Virus genome (UHGV): UHGV-0293859
Length of the DNA: 33,868 nt
DNA from: a virus
Direction: 5' to 3' (one strand)
Below, one piece after another: positions 18,293 through 26,934 of the stretch; the stretch's first letter is position 1; the number at the start of each line of letters is the position of its first letter. Below the pieces are notes generated by a model. That model was not told the DNA's origin and ran no database searches. It was given only the letters and a program-made list of their open reading frames with translations. The translations under genes were made by a program, and so were the position numbers.

Positions 18293-19405
18293 TTAACGTT
18301 GGGCGGAGACGATGAAGCCCTCTTCGGTCGCCTTCTGGTAGGCGTCATAGCGCTTCATGCCGTCCTTGATGAGTTCGTTCACGCGGTTGTTGAATCCGTC
18401 AATGGATTCCTTCTTGCGGAATGGGTCAGGAGGATTCAGAGTCGCGCGGCGGTTCAGAGGCGTCCTTTGCGGAAGCTTCTTCTGCTCCGGCTGCTCCTGT
18501 TTCTGTGGGGGCGCCTGGCGGTTGAGGGCGCGGATAAAGGCATCCAGCGCGGAGGGGCTTTTCCGGAGCGAGTTTTTCAGCTCTTCCCGGCGTTCTTCCT
18601 TGAATTCCTCGCGTTCTTCCTCGTCCAGCGCGTTTTCGTACATGCTGACGGCGTCGTCCACTTCGGCGTTCACGCGGTCTTTCTCACGCTTTTCCAAATC
18701 GAAAAGGTGATCAACACGTTCCAGGATCTCCTTGAGCATTTTATCAGTTCCATCGAATTCGATGTCCGCTTTGTCAAGGATGCTATCAAGCAAAATATCT
18801 CTTTGCCTGCTTAGTTCCTCGGACGGATGGTATCTATCGTCGTTTTCCATATTGGTGTTCTGGGTTGTTTCCCCCTCTTCGGGGCTTTTGGGTTCGCCCC
18901 CGGCCTCGTCGGAGGCGGGGGAAGTCTGTCGGTTAACCAGAGGCCGCTTTCCCTTGATGCGTGGACGGTTGGTCAGGGCAAAGCCGGTCAGGCGCGAAGG
19001 ACGGTAGACCCCGTCCGACAAGGTCATCCCTTCGCCATATTCGGTGGATGATTGCGTGTATTCCTTGTCCTGCAGCATCTTTAGGCCGCGCGGCGTCCAT
19101 TCGATGAAGCCGTAGAGTTCCAGCGTGCCGGAAGGGTCGCGGTAGGTGTCCAGCCTCTTGAGCCATCCGAGGGCCCGAGTATCGCGGGAAAGGTCGTGGC
19201 TCAGGTGGTCGCCGTCGATGAGCATGCCCGGGCCGTCAAAGGTGCGGGCGTTGAAGTCGTCCACCATGTCCTGGATCGCCTGCTCGTCGACGCGCAGCAC
19301 GGCGGGTCCTTCGCCGTAGTCGACGTCATGATCCCCGCTCTTCTCGACGTGGAACCAGCCGTTGGCGGGTTGGGAGAGGTCATTGATTTGTTTCGTACTG
19401 ATCAT
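18293..19405 (-). CDS. Prohead protease / scaffold fusion (Mu gpI-like arrangement)
   Basis: 370 aa; N-terminal globular region followed by highly charged coiled-coil C-terminus (EEEREEFKEERREELKNSLRK...) typical of scaffolding domains. Confidence 0.55.
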   Translation of the reverse strand: MISTKQINDLSQPANGWFHVEKSGDHDVDYGEGPAVLRVDEQAIQDMVDDFNARTFDGPGMLIDGDHLSHDLSRDTRALGWLKRLDTYRDPSGTLELYGFIEWTPRGLKMLQDKEYTQSSTEYGEGMTLSDGVYRPSRLTGFALTNRPRIKGKRPLVNRQTSPASDEAGGEPKSPEEGETTQNTNMENDDRYHPSEELSRQRDILLDSILDKADIEFDGTDKMLKEILERVDHLFDLEKREKDRVNAEVDDAVSMYENALDEEEREEFKEERREELKNSLRKSPSALDAFIRALNRQAPPQKQEQPEQKKLPQRTPLNRRATLNPPDPFRKKESIDGFNNRVNELIKDGMKRYDAYQKATEEGFIVSAQR

Positions 19406-20831
19406 CGGTAAATCCTTTCATGAGTCCGGCGTAAATCATTTGCTGAAGCTGCTCGTAGGCGTCGGGCGGAATGAGCGCTTTTTCCGGTTCCCTGTTGGAC
19501 GCCGTCACCGGAACGGGTTCCTGCGTGTCCTCGATGGACATGCCGATCTTTTCTTCGATTTCGGTTTTCTCGGGGCGGACGCCTCCGTCCGCAAGCGCGG
19601 CGATTTCCTCGGCCTTCTGCAGCGGCGTCTGGACGGTGTCAAAGGTGATGTGGAGGCGGGCCAGCGGTTCGCCGTCTCCCAGGACTAGCGGGCTGATGGC
19701 GGCGTTAAAAGCTTCGGCGACTTTGGAGCAGACCGCGGAGACGACCGAATTCCAGCTGTCCGTGTGCGCTCCCCCGGCCAGCGTGCCGGAGCCTGATTCA
19801 TTCAGGACGGTCAGAGTGCCGGCCATTACAAACCGCACCTGGTCCTTGTCGGACATGTTGATTCGGGATAGGAAATAGTTTTCGTTGATGTTGGAGGCTT
19901 TCAACGGTTCGGCGGTGCAGCCGGGAGGAAGCACAATGGAGGCTCCCGATTTGAGTTCCTCACAGGCCCGTTCCAGCGCGTCCATGACGGCGGCGCTCGC
20001 GTCCTTGGGCGCCGTGATGATGACCGGGGCGCTCCCGTAGCGGTCCATATGGTTGTCCCACGTAACTTTGGCGTGATTCCGCTCAAAAGAGGCGCGGGTT
20101 GCCGGAAAAAGAATGGGGTTCCGGTGCTCCATGACCACGAGCGTTTCTTCCTCTACGCTCTCGCCCGTGTCGACCCCGATGTAGCACTGGGGATTAAACT
20201 GCCATTCGTTCAGCTCTCCGGGCCGCACCCAATATCGCTGCGGGATGAATTCAAAGCGGCGGCCCCAGGAATCTTCGATGTATTGGAGGTGGGCGTAACC
20301 GTAAAACATAGCGGAGGCCAACTGCCCAAAGGCCTGTTGAAGTCCGGTGACGGAGTGATAGAATTCTTCCAGCGCGTTCTGCTGACGCTGGGCTTCCGGG
20401 CTGTCGTCCGCGGCGTCAATCTTCCAGCCCTGCATGGAAACGCTTTCAATGAGCCGGGAATAGAGCATGCCCAGCAAGCCGTCCGAGTAGATGACCTCGT
20501 CCCAAATGAGCATTTGGCGGGCAAAGGCTCCACGCCGCGCTTCGTTCCTGGCGTCAATCAGGGTTTGCAGGTCGGCTCCCTGTAACGGATCCCAATATTC
20601 AAACCATTGGGGCTGGTTAGGCTTCCTGCTCTGTTCCGTCAAGGCTCGCCGGGTGAGTTCCGTTTCAAGCTCCTTGATTCTGGTCTCCTGTTGGGCGACC
20701 AGCTTCGGAGCATTGAGGATATTTTTGACGGCGTTAAACCTGCAGCGGAAGAAAAGAAAATGGTGGTTGCAGGGGAAGGAGTTGGACCTTCGATTCGGGG
20801 ACAGGAACCCCGCGTGATACCGTTTCACCAC
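19380..20831 (-). CDS. Portal protein
   Basis: 483 aa, immediately downstream of TerL; size and position; Mu-gp29/DUF935-like by recall only. Confidence 0.65.
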   Translation of the reverse strand: MVKRYHAGFLSPNRRSNSFPCNHHFLFFRCRFNAVKNILNAPKLVAQQETRIKELETELTRRALTEQSRKPNQPQWFEYWDPLQGADLQTLIDARNEARRGAFARQMLIWDEVIYSDGLLGMLYSRLIESVSMQGWKIDAADDSPEAQRQQNALEEFYHSVTGLQQAFGQLASAMFYGYAHLQYIEDSWGRRFEFIPQRYWVRPGELNEWQFNPQCYIGVDTGESVEEETLVVMEHRNPILFPATRASFERNHAKVTWDNHMDRYGSAPVIITAPKDASAAVMDALERACEELKSGASIVLPPGCTAEPLKASNINENYFLSRINMSDKDQVRFVMAGTLTVLNESGSGTLAGGAHTDSWNSVVSAVCSKVAEAFNAAISPLVLGDGEPLARLHITFDTVQTPLQKAEEIAALADGGVRPEKTEIEEKIGMSIEDTQEPVPVTASNREPEKALIPPDAYEQLQQMIYAGLMKGFTDDQYETNQ

Positions 20832-20884
20832 CCTGCGATTGTTTACATATCGTCATATATTGATATCTTGATATGTTGTCAACC

Positions 20885-22174
20885 CTAATATCTCCCGTAA
20901 GCGCGTTTTGATGACACGGGCCGGGCGTACCAGGCTCCCAGCGTCCGCTCCAGTCCGCTGTTACGGCGCGCGTGCCAGGCCATCACGAGAGCGTCGGCGC
21001 GGTCGGGGGAGCGCACGCCTCGTTTCGCCATATCTTCCTTGCTCTCAATGCGGACGCGGCCTATTGCGTCGGTTTGGAGTCGTGGAGCAACCAGCTGCTC
21101 AATCGTATCCTCGTCAATGTCGAGGATGAGTTCTTTTTCTTCGATGGCGCGGGCGAGAGCCCGCCATGCCTGGGCTCGCAGATTGACAAAGGCTTGTGTG
21201 TCATCCGCCGGAAACCCGCCGCGGTAGGAGTGCACCGGAAAGCCCTCGGCGCGGAAGTCATCAATGATGGGGAGCCCTAGGCCGTCGCCGTCGGCAAAGA
21301 TGCGGTCGGCAGAGATGCCGAGTTCGGCGGCCTTCCGGCGGAAACGTCCGCGCGCTCCTACGGTGTCCGGGTCGGACCAGTGGTCGGCGATGAAAAAACG
21401 GTTGCCCTGCCCGGCCGCAAAGACGTTTTCATCGCCTCCCGCGGCAAAGTCGAAGCCGCCGCAGGTCTCTCCGGTGTCCAGGAAGGGAGGCGGGTTGTTG
21501 ACCAGCTCCATGAGAGCGCGGCGGGAAATGACGGATTGTCCGTCAAGGTCGGTGAATTCACCAAGGATGGCCGAGCGGTAGAAGGAGGACTGCTCACCAT
21601 ATTCTTTTTTCAGGCGTTCGGCCTTGCCCGGGTCGTTGATTTCAATGTGCGGGCAATCCTCGTATTTGACGCGGATTTTGTAGTAGAGCGATGAATTTTT
21701 GTGAAAGCAGTCGTAGAAGGTGCCGGAATCGGCGCCCGGCGACGAGGTGATGAACGCGTGAAAGAGCGTGCAGCGGGAAACGGCGGTGAAGATGGAGTCC
21801 GGAATGGTTTTGGCCTCGTCCAGGACGTAAAAGACAGGATCCACGTCGGGCGAGATTTTTGGATGCCATCCTTCCGCACGTCCCGCGTTGTCGGTGGAGA
21901 AACCCACGGCAAAGCCTCCCTCCGGCGTGCGGATCTCCGTCTTGTTGAAGGTCCAGCCGGAAAAGAAAGGATTGTCCATGTAGCGGCGGAGCGCGGGAAA
22001 GAGCTGCTTTTCCACCTGCATCCACGATGAGGACGTAACGGGGACCTGTCCCCGCGGAAAACAGGTGAGAAAGTACAGGATGGCGGGAGCGATGCAGTTG
22101 CTCGTCTTGCCGGAGCCGTTAGGAGCGACCAGGGCCACGCTTTTCCCTCCCAGGGTCAGCTTGCCGAGAGACAA
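20885..22174 (-). CDS. terL: Terminase large subunit
   Basis: 429 aa; Walker A VALVAPNGSGKT near N-terminus, downstream acidic nuclease-like region. Confidence 0.85.
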   Translation of the reverse strand: MSLGKLTLGGKSVALVAPNGSGKTSNCIAPAILYFLTCFPRGQVPVTSSSWMQVEKQLFPALRRYMDNPFFSGWTFNKTEIRTPEGGFAVGFSTDNAGRAEGWHPKISPDVDPVFYVLDEAKTIPDSIFTAVSRCTLFHAFITSSPGADSGTFYDCFHKNSSLYYKIRVKYEDCPHIEINDPGKAERLKKEYGEQSSFYRSAILGEFTDLDGQSVISRRALMELVNNPPPFLDTGETCGGFDFAAGGDENVFAAGQGNRFFIADHWSDPDTVGARGRFRRKAAELGISADRIFADGDGLGLPIIDDFRAEGFPVHSYRGGFPADDTQAFVNLRAQAWRALARAIEEKELILDIDEDTIEQLVAPRLQTDAIGRVRIESKEDMAKRGVRSPDRADALVMAWHARRNSGLERTLGAWYARPVSSKRAYGRY

Positions 22175-22263
22175 CGCCTTGATGGCCTCAACCTGCCAGG
22201 GATAGGGGTCGAGGCGAAGGATATGGCGCAGAAAGAAGCTGACGGGTAACCGTGTCCTGCGGG

Positions 22264-22786
22264 TTAGGGATGGAGTTTGCCGGCGATGGTTTCCAGCGCG
22301 GTTTTCTCGTCTTCCTGCAGCTGGGCGAGCTGCTCAGGGTCCAGCGTGATTTTCCGTTCCAGCGGCGCCCCGGGAACGCCGGCGACGTCCTGACGGACCC
22401 GGTCTCCGAATTTATCAGGAGCGAAGCGGGCGGCGACTTTCAGCCGGGTTTCAATGGCGAGCTTCTTCGCGGCGACGGAGGCGGAGCCGCATTCCGGGTC
22501 AAGGGCGACTTTCGCGGCTTCGTCGGCCAGCTCCTGGCAGGCGTCAATCATAGCTTCCGACTGCGCTTCCCGCGCGCGTTGAATGAGTTTGGAAAACTCC
22601 GGCTTTGTTTCACGCCAGTTCCAGACCGTCCAGACCTCCGGCATGTGGTCATCGGAGCAGATGGATTTCATGGTTTCACCGTCGGCCAGGCGGGAGGCTA
22701 TCTCGGCAGCCAGTTCCTCTGTGTAGAGGCTCGGCCGCCCCGGTTTTCTTTTGGTGGTAGGTTTCTTTTTCCTGCGGTTCCATCAT
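22264..22786 (-). CDS. terS: Terminase small subunit with apparent frame disruption at a C4 run (22738-22741)
   Basis: Track ORF 22264-22671 carries ...RPSLYTEELAAEIASRLADGETMKSICSDDHMPEVWTVWNW (classic small-terminase HTH motif) but has no canonical start; the ATGATG at 22781-22786 opens a different frame (MMEPQEKETYHQKKTG...); removing one base of the G4/C4 run yields KKTGRPSLYTEEL. Confidence 0.55.
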
Positions 22787-22863
22787 AGGAGATAACGGAT
22801 ATTCAAATCAAGCGCGTTGTTTGTTCTTGATTCGGGGCGCGTGTGTCCCAAACTTTGGTCGAG

Positions 22864-23379
22864 ATGAAACAATGTCCCATCTGCGGAAAGGATGTTCCTC
22901 CGCGCGCGGGCAAGCGCGACAGCGTGTACTGTTCCCGGGCCTGCCTCCAGGCTCACTATGCGGAGGCCTGGGAAACGCTCACATGCCCTGTGTGCGGGAA
23001 CGTATTCCGGGCCCAAAAACTGTGGCGCCGTCAATACTGCTCTGCGGAGTGCGCCAACCGCGCCCAGCGAGGGAGGAAAATCACGTCCGCAGCGTTTTTG
23101 GAGGCCTGCCGTCATCGTGGCGTTTGGGGACCTCGCAAGCATCCGAGGACCGGGAAATTTGAGACGAATTGCCACGCCAAAGTCTGGCGGGTGGAGTCGC
23201 CGGAAGGAGAAGAGGTAACGGCACGCAATCTCAAGCTGTACATGGTCACCCGTTTTGGCGAAACCGAAGGCAAAAAGATTTATAAACTCTTGACCTGCGC
23301 CGCCTCCCGTTTCCGCAAATCTGGGAGAGGCACGGGGGCCGGATGGCGGATTCTGGAAGCTCCATCCGTCCCGGAATAA
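22864..23379 (+). CDS. Zinc-ribbon protein (two CxxC...CxxxC units) with a basic C-terminal domain; hypothetical
   Basis: ATG at 22864 (track ORF starts at GTG 22843); CPICGKD...CSRAC and CPVCGNV...CSAEC. Confidence 0.45.
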   Translation: MKQCPICGKDVPPRAGKRDSVYCSRACLQAHYAEAWETLTCPVCGNVFRAQKLWRRQYCSAECANRAQRGRKITSAAFLEACRHRGVWGPRKHPRTGKFETNCHAKVWRVESPEGEEVTARNLKLYMVTRFGETEGKKIYKLLTCAASRFRKSGRGTGAGWRILEAPSVPE

Positions 23380-23383
23380 AAAA

Positions 23384-23415
23384 GGGGCGGCTTCGAAAAA
23401 AACCGCCCCTTTTTA
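23384..23415. terminator. Rho-independent terminator, bidirectional (A-run / GGGGCGG-loop-CCGCCCC / T-run)
   Basis: AAAAAAGGGGCGGCTTCGAAAAAAACCGCCCCTTTTTAA directly after stop of 22864-23379. Confidence 0.7.
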
Positions 23416-23563
23416 AGGGAAATGGGCGTTGCCGCCCGGATGATCTTGCGATCGTTTTAATCCACAGCCCCGAAGGGCTGAACGTTCAGAAAGAACGCCT
23501 CCTCCTATCATTTTTTGATGGAGGACGACAACGAAAAAAATCTTCTTTTTTCATTTTTTCTCT

Positions 23564-23592
23564 TGCAATACTAAACAATGTTTAGTATATTG
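23564..23592 (+). promoter_or_regulatory. Sigma70-like promoter (-35 TTGCAA 23564-23569, -10 TATATT 23587-23592) with a 19-bp palindromic operator TACTAAACA-A-TGTTTAGTA (23570-23588) filling the spacer
   Basis: Read directly; 9-bp perfect inverted arms; preceded by T-rich UP-like tract. Confidence 0.5.
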
Positions 23593-23661
23593 ACCTTGTT
23601 GACGGGAGGTAAGGGACCGAACGAAGACACAATCCAAAACCAAATCAGAAAGAACAAGACA

Positions 23662-23985
23662 ATGAACGACAACAAAATCATCACCACGGAAGACGGCGAA
23701 GAAATCAATCTGAGCGCGCTTGAACGCGAATTCGGTAGCTATGATTTTGAAGGACACACCTACTATGCTGCTCGCCAAATGGAATTAACCAATCGTCTTT
23801 TTGCCGGATGCTACAACGACGCGGAAGACGGGGACGAATACACCGAGGAATACTCCGCGCCCGGATACGACGAAAACGGAAACCCCGTGGAAATCTTCAT
23901 GACTTTCACGCAGGTGAAAGGTGAAGAGATAGACCCGGAAAACCTTAACTGGTTCCAGGACTCCGACCGCGTTGAAGCCCTCTAA
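23662..23985 (+). CDS. Small highly acidic protein (108 aa from ATG 23662); anti-defence (Acr-like) candidate
   Basis: D/E-rich (EDGEEINLSALEREF...DAEDGDEYTEEYSAPGYDENGNPVE...); first gene of operon under the palindromic operator. Confidence 0.5.
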   Translation: MNDNKIITTEDGEEINLSALEREFGSYDFEGHTYYAARQMELTNRLFAGCYNDAEDGDEYTEEYSAPGYDENGNPVEIFMTFTQVKGEEIDPENLNWFQDSDRVEAL

Positions 23986-24024
23986 CCATGATTCCAGGGC
24001 GGTGCATGCCGCCCTGGCACAGCT

Positions 24025-24234
24025 ATGACTATTCAAGAATTTGTTGATTGGGTGCAGTCCAGATACCATTTGCGATCCAAAACTTCTGCGGTCAAAAAGG
24101 CTGCGCAAATGTTGCGTGTGACGGAAATGGCGGTGTGGCAATGGTTGGGCGGGTCCAGAAAAACGAGTCCGTCGATGGATCTTCTGATGAATTTAATCAT
24201 GGAACGAGGGACGACCAAAAATCTCCCCCGCTGA
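24025..24234 (+). CDS. Cro/YdaS-like helix-turn-helix DNA-binding protein (Aca-like position)
   Basis: 69 aa; SAVKKAAQMLRVTEMAVWQWLGG matches the ..KLAxxLGVSQQAVSQWL.G.. HTH pattern of Cro/YdaS family. Confidence 0.55.
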   Translation: MTIQEFVDWVQSRYHLRSKTSAVKKAAQMLRVTEMAVWQWLGGSRKTSPSMDLLMNLIMERGTTKNLPR

Positions 24235-24241
24235 TTTTCCT

Positions 24242-24979
24242 TCATCCTCCCTGTTCCGCTTCTTCTCTCAATTCCCGGAAAGAAGACCATTCGCAGGTGA
24301 TGACGCCTCCAGCTTCATGCATCCGGCTGACAATGGCGGGACCCAACGCAGGTTCAACCTCTTCCGCCCGGAGGTTGGATATGATGCAAGTGGGTTTCCC
24401 TGACTGGAAGCGGGCATCTACCAGCCGATCGATTGAGTAGGCCGCGAAGTCTGAACGCTTCAGCTCGTGGAACTCGTCAAGAACGAGAAAGTAGGGCCGC
24501 TTGAAACGGGACATCACGCCCTTTTCGCGAGCTTTTTCGTCCTGACGCAGGGCAAGGCAAAAATCATAAGCCTTGCTGTACCGGCAAGACCTTCCAAGGC
24601 GCGTCAGCCCACGGGCAATGGATGAAGCCATGACGGTTTTCCCTGTGCCGCATGGGCCATGCAGCGCTACAATCGCGCCGGGCGTTTTCACCAGCGCGCT
24701 TACGCGACGCCTGGCGGCTTTCCACGGCGTTTCACCGTCCGGCAACGTATCCAGGGCATGAAGGGCCCGGCGCGGGAATCCGGAAGATGACAGAAGGCAG
24801 AACTCGTCCTCCCGGCGCTGCAGTTCTTCCCTCATGGCTGCCTCCAGGGCGGCGCGTTCCTCCGTTTCCGGGTCGTCCGTTACCAAGGCTTCCAGGCGGT
24901 TCAGGATCCCGGCTATTTCCTGGTCGTCGCACAGGGCGGCGGCGGAATGTACATTGTTCATGTTAATGTTAATAGCCAT
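24242..24979 (-). CDS. DnaC/IstB-like AAA+ helicase loader
   Basis: Walker A ALHGPCGTGKT, Walker B FLVLDEF. Confidence 0.8.
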   Translation of the reverse strand: MAININMNNVHSAAALCDDQEIAGILNRLEALVTDDPETEERAALEAAMREELQRREDEFCLLSSSGFPRRALHALDTLPDGETPWKAARRRVSALVKTPGAIVALHGPCGTGKTVMASSIARGLTRLGRSCRYSKAYDFCLALRQDEKAREKGVMSRFKRPYFLVLDEFHELKRSDFAAYSIDRLVDARFQSGKPTCIISNLRAEEVEPALGPAIVSRMHEAGGVITCEWSSFRELREEAEQGG

Positions 24980-25724
24980 AAGTTTTTGATTGTTGAGTAG
25001 TTTGTTGTGGTTCCGGAGTGTTTCTTTTCCGGATGTTGTCGAGGTATCGCAAAGCGAACGCCCTCACAGCGGCCCGCCAATTGGCTACCGGCACCCCCTG
25101 CCTGTCTACCCATCCGGAAGCTTCCCGGTCGTTGAAGAAAAGCAAGGCAATTTGTTTAACATCGGAATGTTGAAGAGGAAGAGCCCCTTTGAAGGCCTCT
25201 GCTGTCAGGAAATCCTCCACCTCTTCGGACGTCTCCGGCAACGGAATGGCGCGTTTTTCTTTTTCATTGGCCCTCGTTAGAGGGACAATGTTTTCTTTCT
25301 TCTCTTCTCTTCTCTGGTCCGCATGTTGTCCGCATGTTGTCCGCTTCCTGTGCGGACGTTTGTCCGCATTATCGTCGTAACCCATTCTTTCCAGGCGTTT
25401 TCTTTCTGCTTCCATTGCGCGGCGTTTCGCGGATTGGCCGTTGTGCCGTCCAAAGTTGGGGAACTCAAGGGAGGCAGCGCGTCCCTTGAGCCAGCCCACC
25501 TGGCGAAGCGCATCGGCGAAACCGTTCAGGTCCGCAATGTCGTCAATGTCTTCTTCCGAGATGTCCATCCCGGAACCTGTGAAAGAGTGAGTGTCCGCCC
25601 AGGACCATACGGAAACAAGACGTCCTACAATGTCGAACCTGGATAAATGAAGAGCGCGGGCCATGCGGCGCACTTCCGGCTTATCGTTCAGTTCTTTTTC
25701 CACTTTGATCCAGTCTCCGGCCAT
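24969..25724 (-). CDS. Phage replisome organiser / replication initiator (O-like), contains iterons
   Basis: N-terminus GDWIKVEKELNDKPEVRRMARALHLSRFDIVGRLVSVWSWAD resembles phage replisome-organiser N-domain; adjacent to DnaC-like gene. Confidence 0.5.
   Translation of the reverse strand: MAGDWIKVEKELNDKPEVRRMARALHLSRFDIVGRLVSVWSWADTHSFTGSGMDISEEDIDDIADLNGFADALRQVGWLKGRAASLEFPNFGRHNGQSAKRRAMEAERKRLERMGYDDNADKRPHRKRTTCGQHADQRREEKKENIVPLTRANEKEKRAIPLPETSEEVEDFLTAEAFKGALPLQHSDVKQIALLFFNDREASGWVDRQGVPVANWRAAVRAFALRYLDNIRKRNTPEPQQTTQQSKTYGY
25317..25370. repeat. Iteron cluster: GTCCGCATGTT x2 tandem, plus GTCCGC, inverted TGCGGAC, and TGTCCGCAT; candidate replication origin inside initiator gene
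   Basis: Read directly at 25317-25370. Confidence 0.5.
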
Positions 25725-25736
25725 ATCAAAAAAGCG

Positions 25737-26207
25737 TCAGTTGGGGGTTGTAGATTTCATAAAGACCAGGAAGACGGTCTTCCCGCGGCGGTGTCCGAAC
25801 AAAGGTTCATGGCTGGCCAGCTTCAACACTTCTGCCGTGCTGACCTGATCCTCACACCATTTGAACACCAGAACGCCGCCCGGTTCCAAAACCCGGAAAC
25901 ACTCCCGGAATCCGGCCTTCAAATCATCCCTCCATGTCTTCCGATCCAGTTTTCCGTATTTCTTGGCCAGCCAGGACGATTCCCCGGCGTGAATCAGGTG
26001 CGGAGGGTCGAACACGACAAGGCGAAACGCCCCGTCACTGAAAGGCATGGCCCGGAAGTCCCCGACGACGTCCGGCTTGATTTCCAAGGTTCGCCCGTCG
26101 CAAAGCATGTGCGTTTCCTCCCGACGGTCCATGAACACCACATCGGGATGGCGGCGGTTAAACCAGAACATGCGGGAGCCGCAGCAGGCGTCAAGAATGG
26201 CTTTCAT
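25737..26207 (-). CDS. Small orphan DNA methyltransferase (SAM-binding ILDACCGSRMF, catalytic DPPH)
   Basis: 156 aa; motif I-like then VVFDPPH (D/N/S-PP-Y/F/H motif IV); no cognate restriction gene nearby. Confidence 0.5.
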   Translation of the reverse strand: MKAILDACCGSRMFWFNRRHPDVVFMDRREETHMLCDGRTLEIKPDVVGDFRAMPFSDGAFRLVVFDPPHLIHAGESSWLAKKYGKLDRKTWRDDLKAGFRECFRVLEPGGVLVFKWCEDQVSTAEVLKLASHEPLFGHRRGKTVFLVFMKSTTPN

Positions 26208-26596
26208 TCCCCCTCCTTTCCGTCCGCCGCCATATCCACGCCAAACGCCGCGACGTATTTCTTGGCCTCTTGCGGGTCTTGCAAATAGCCCAGCAGGAAA
26301 CGCAAGGCATCTTCCACCGTGGCTTTTCGCATTTGGAGATTGTTGTAAAGCTGCTGAACGGCAGCGCCCTTGGTGTTGCCGTAGGCAATAAACCCATAGT
26401 CATCATACAGGTTGCACAATTCCTGGAGCATATCGACATTCCCGATAAAAACGGAATATTGCGGCCTGCACCAAGATCGATAGGTTCCGATACGGTGCTT
26501 GTTGGCCTTGGCCCAGGCATCCACCTCCGGGGGCAATCCCACGGCGTAGGGTTTCTGTGCAAGGTCACGGGGCGGCAGGTCAAAGAGGTATTTCAT
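26204..26596 (-). CDS. Hypothetical protein
   Basis: Start taken at MKYLFDL (26596). Confidence 0.3.
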   Translation of the reverse strand: MKYLFDLPPRDLAQKPYAVGLPPEVDAWAKANKHRIGTYRSWCRPQYSVFIGNVDMLQELCNLYDDYGFIAYGNTKGAAVQQLYNNLQMRKATVEDALRFLLGYLQDPQEAKKYVAAFGVDMAADGKEGE

Positions 26597-26934
26597 GATT
26601 CTCCCTCCTTTCTCGGCTCCCAGTTGTCGGAAACATAATGGCTTCGTGAGCACGTATCGCATATGTATGGAAACTCGTAATCCCCATTCAGGCAGGTTTC
26701 GCAACGGCGGCGTTGCCACGCCCGACATGCGGTCCGCTTTTCTCGGAGTCGTTCAACTAAGAGGCCAAGGGCATGTTGATCACATATGATTCTTCTTTCG
26801 GACTTGGACATATCATCATAATATTTACGCCAAGCAAGTATTGTATATTCACGAATACTATCTATTCTAAGTTGGAGTGCCAGTTTTGCGCGTCCATATT
26901 CGTAAAAAGCTTGTTGTTCAGACGTCAGTTTCAT
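26593..26934 (-). CDS. Hypothetical protein with C-terminal Cys cluster (CETCLNGD...CDTC)
   Basis: 113-aa ORF following an extremely AT-rich upstream tract. Confidence 0.3.
   Translation of the reverse strand: MKLTSEQQAFYEYGRAKLALQLRIDSIREYTILAWRKYYDDMSKSERRIICDQHALGLLVERLREKRTACRAWQRRRCETCLNGDYEFPYICDTCSRSHYVSDNWEPRKEGES

Noticed and set aside
26773-26790. 12-bp palindrome ATCACATATGAT inside the 26593-26934 gene
   Set aside because: A single short palindrome in coding sequence, explainable by chance or codon context.
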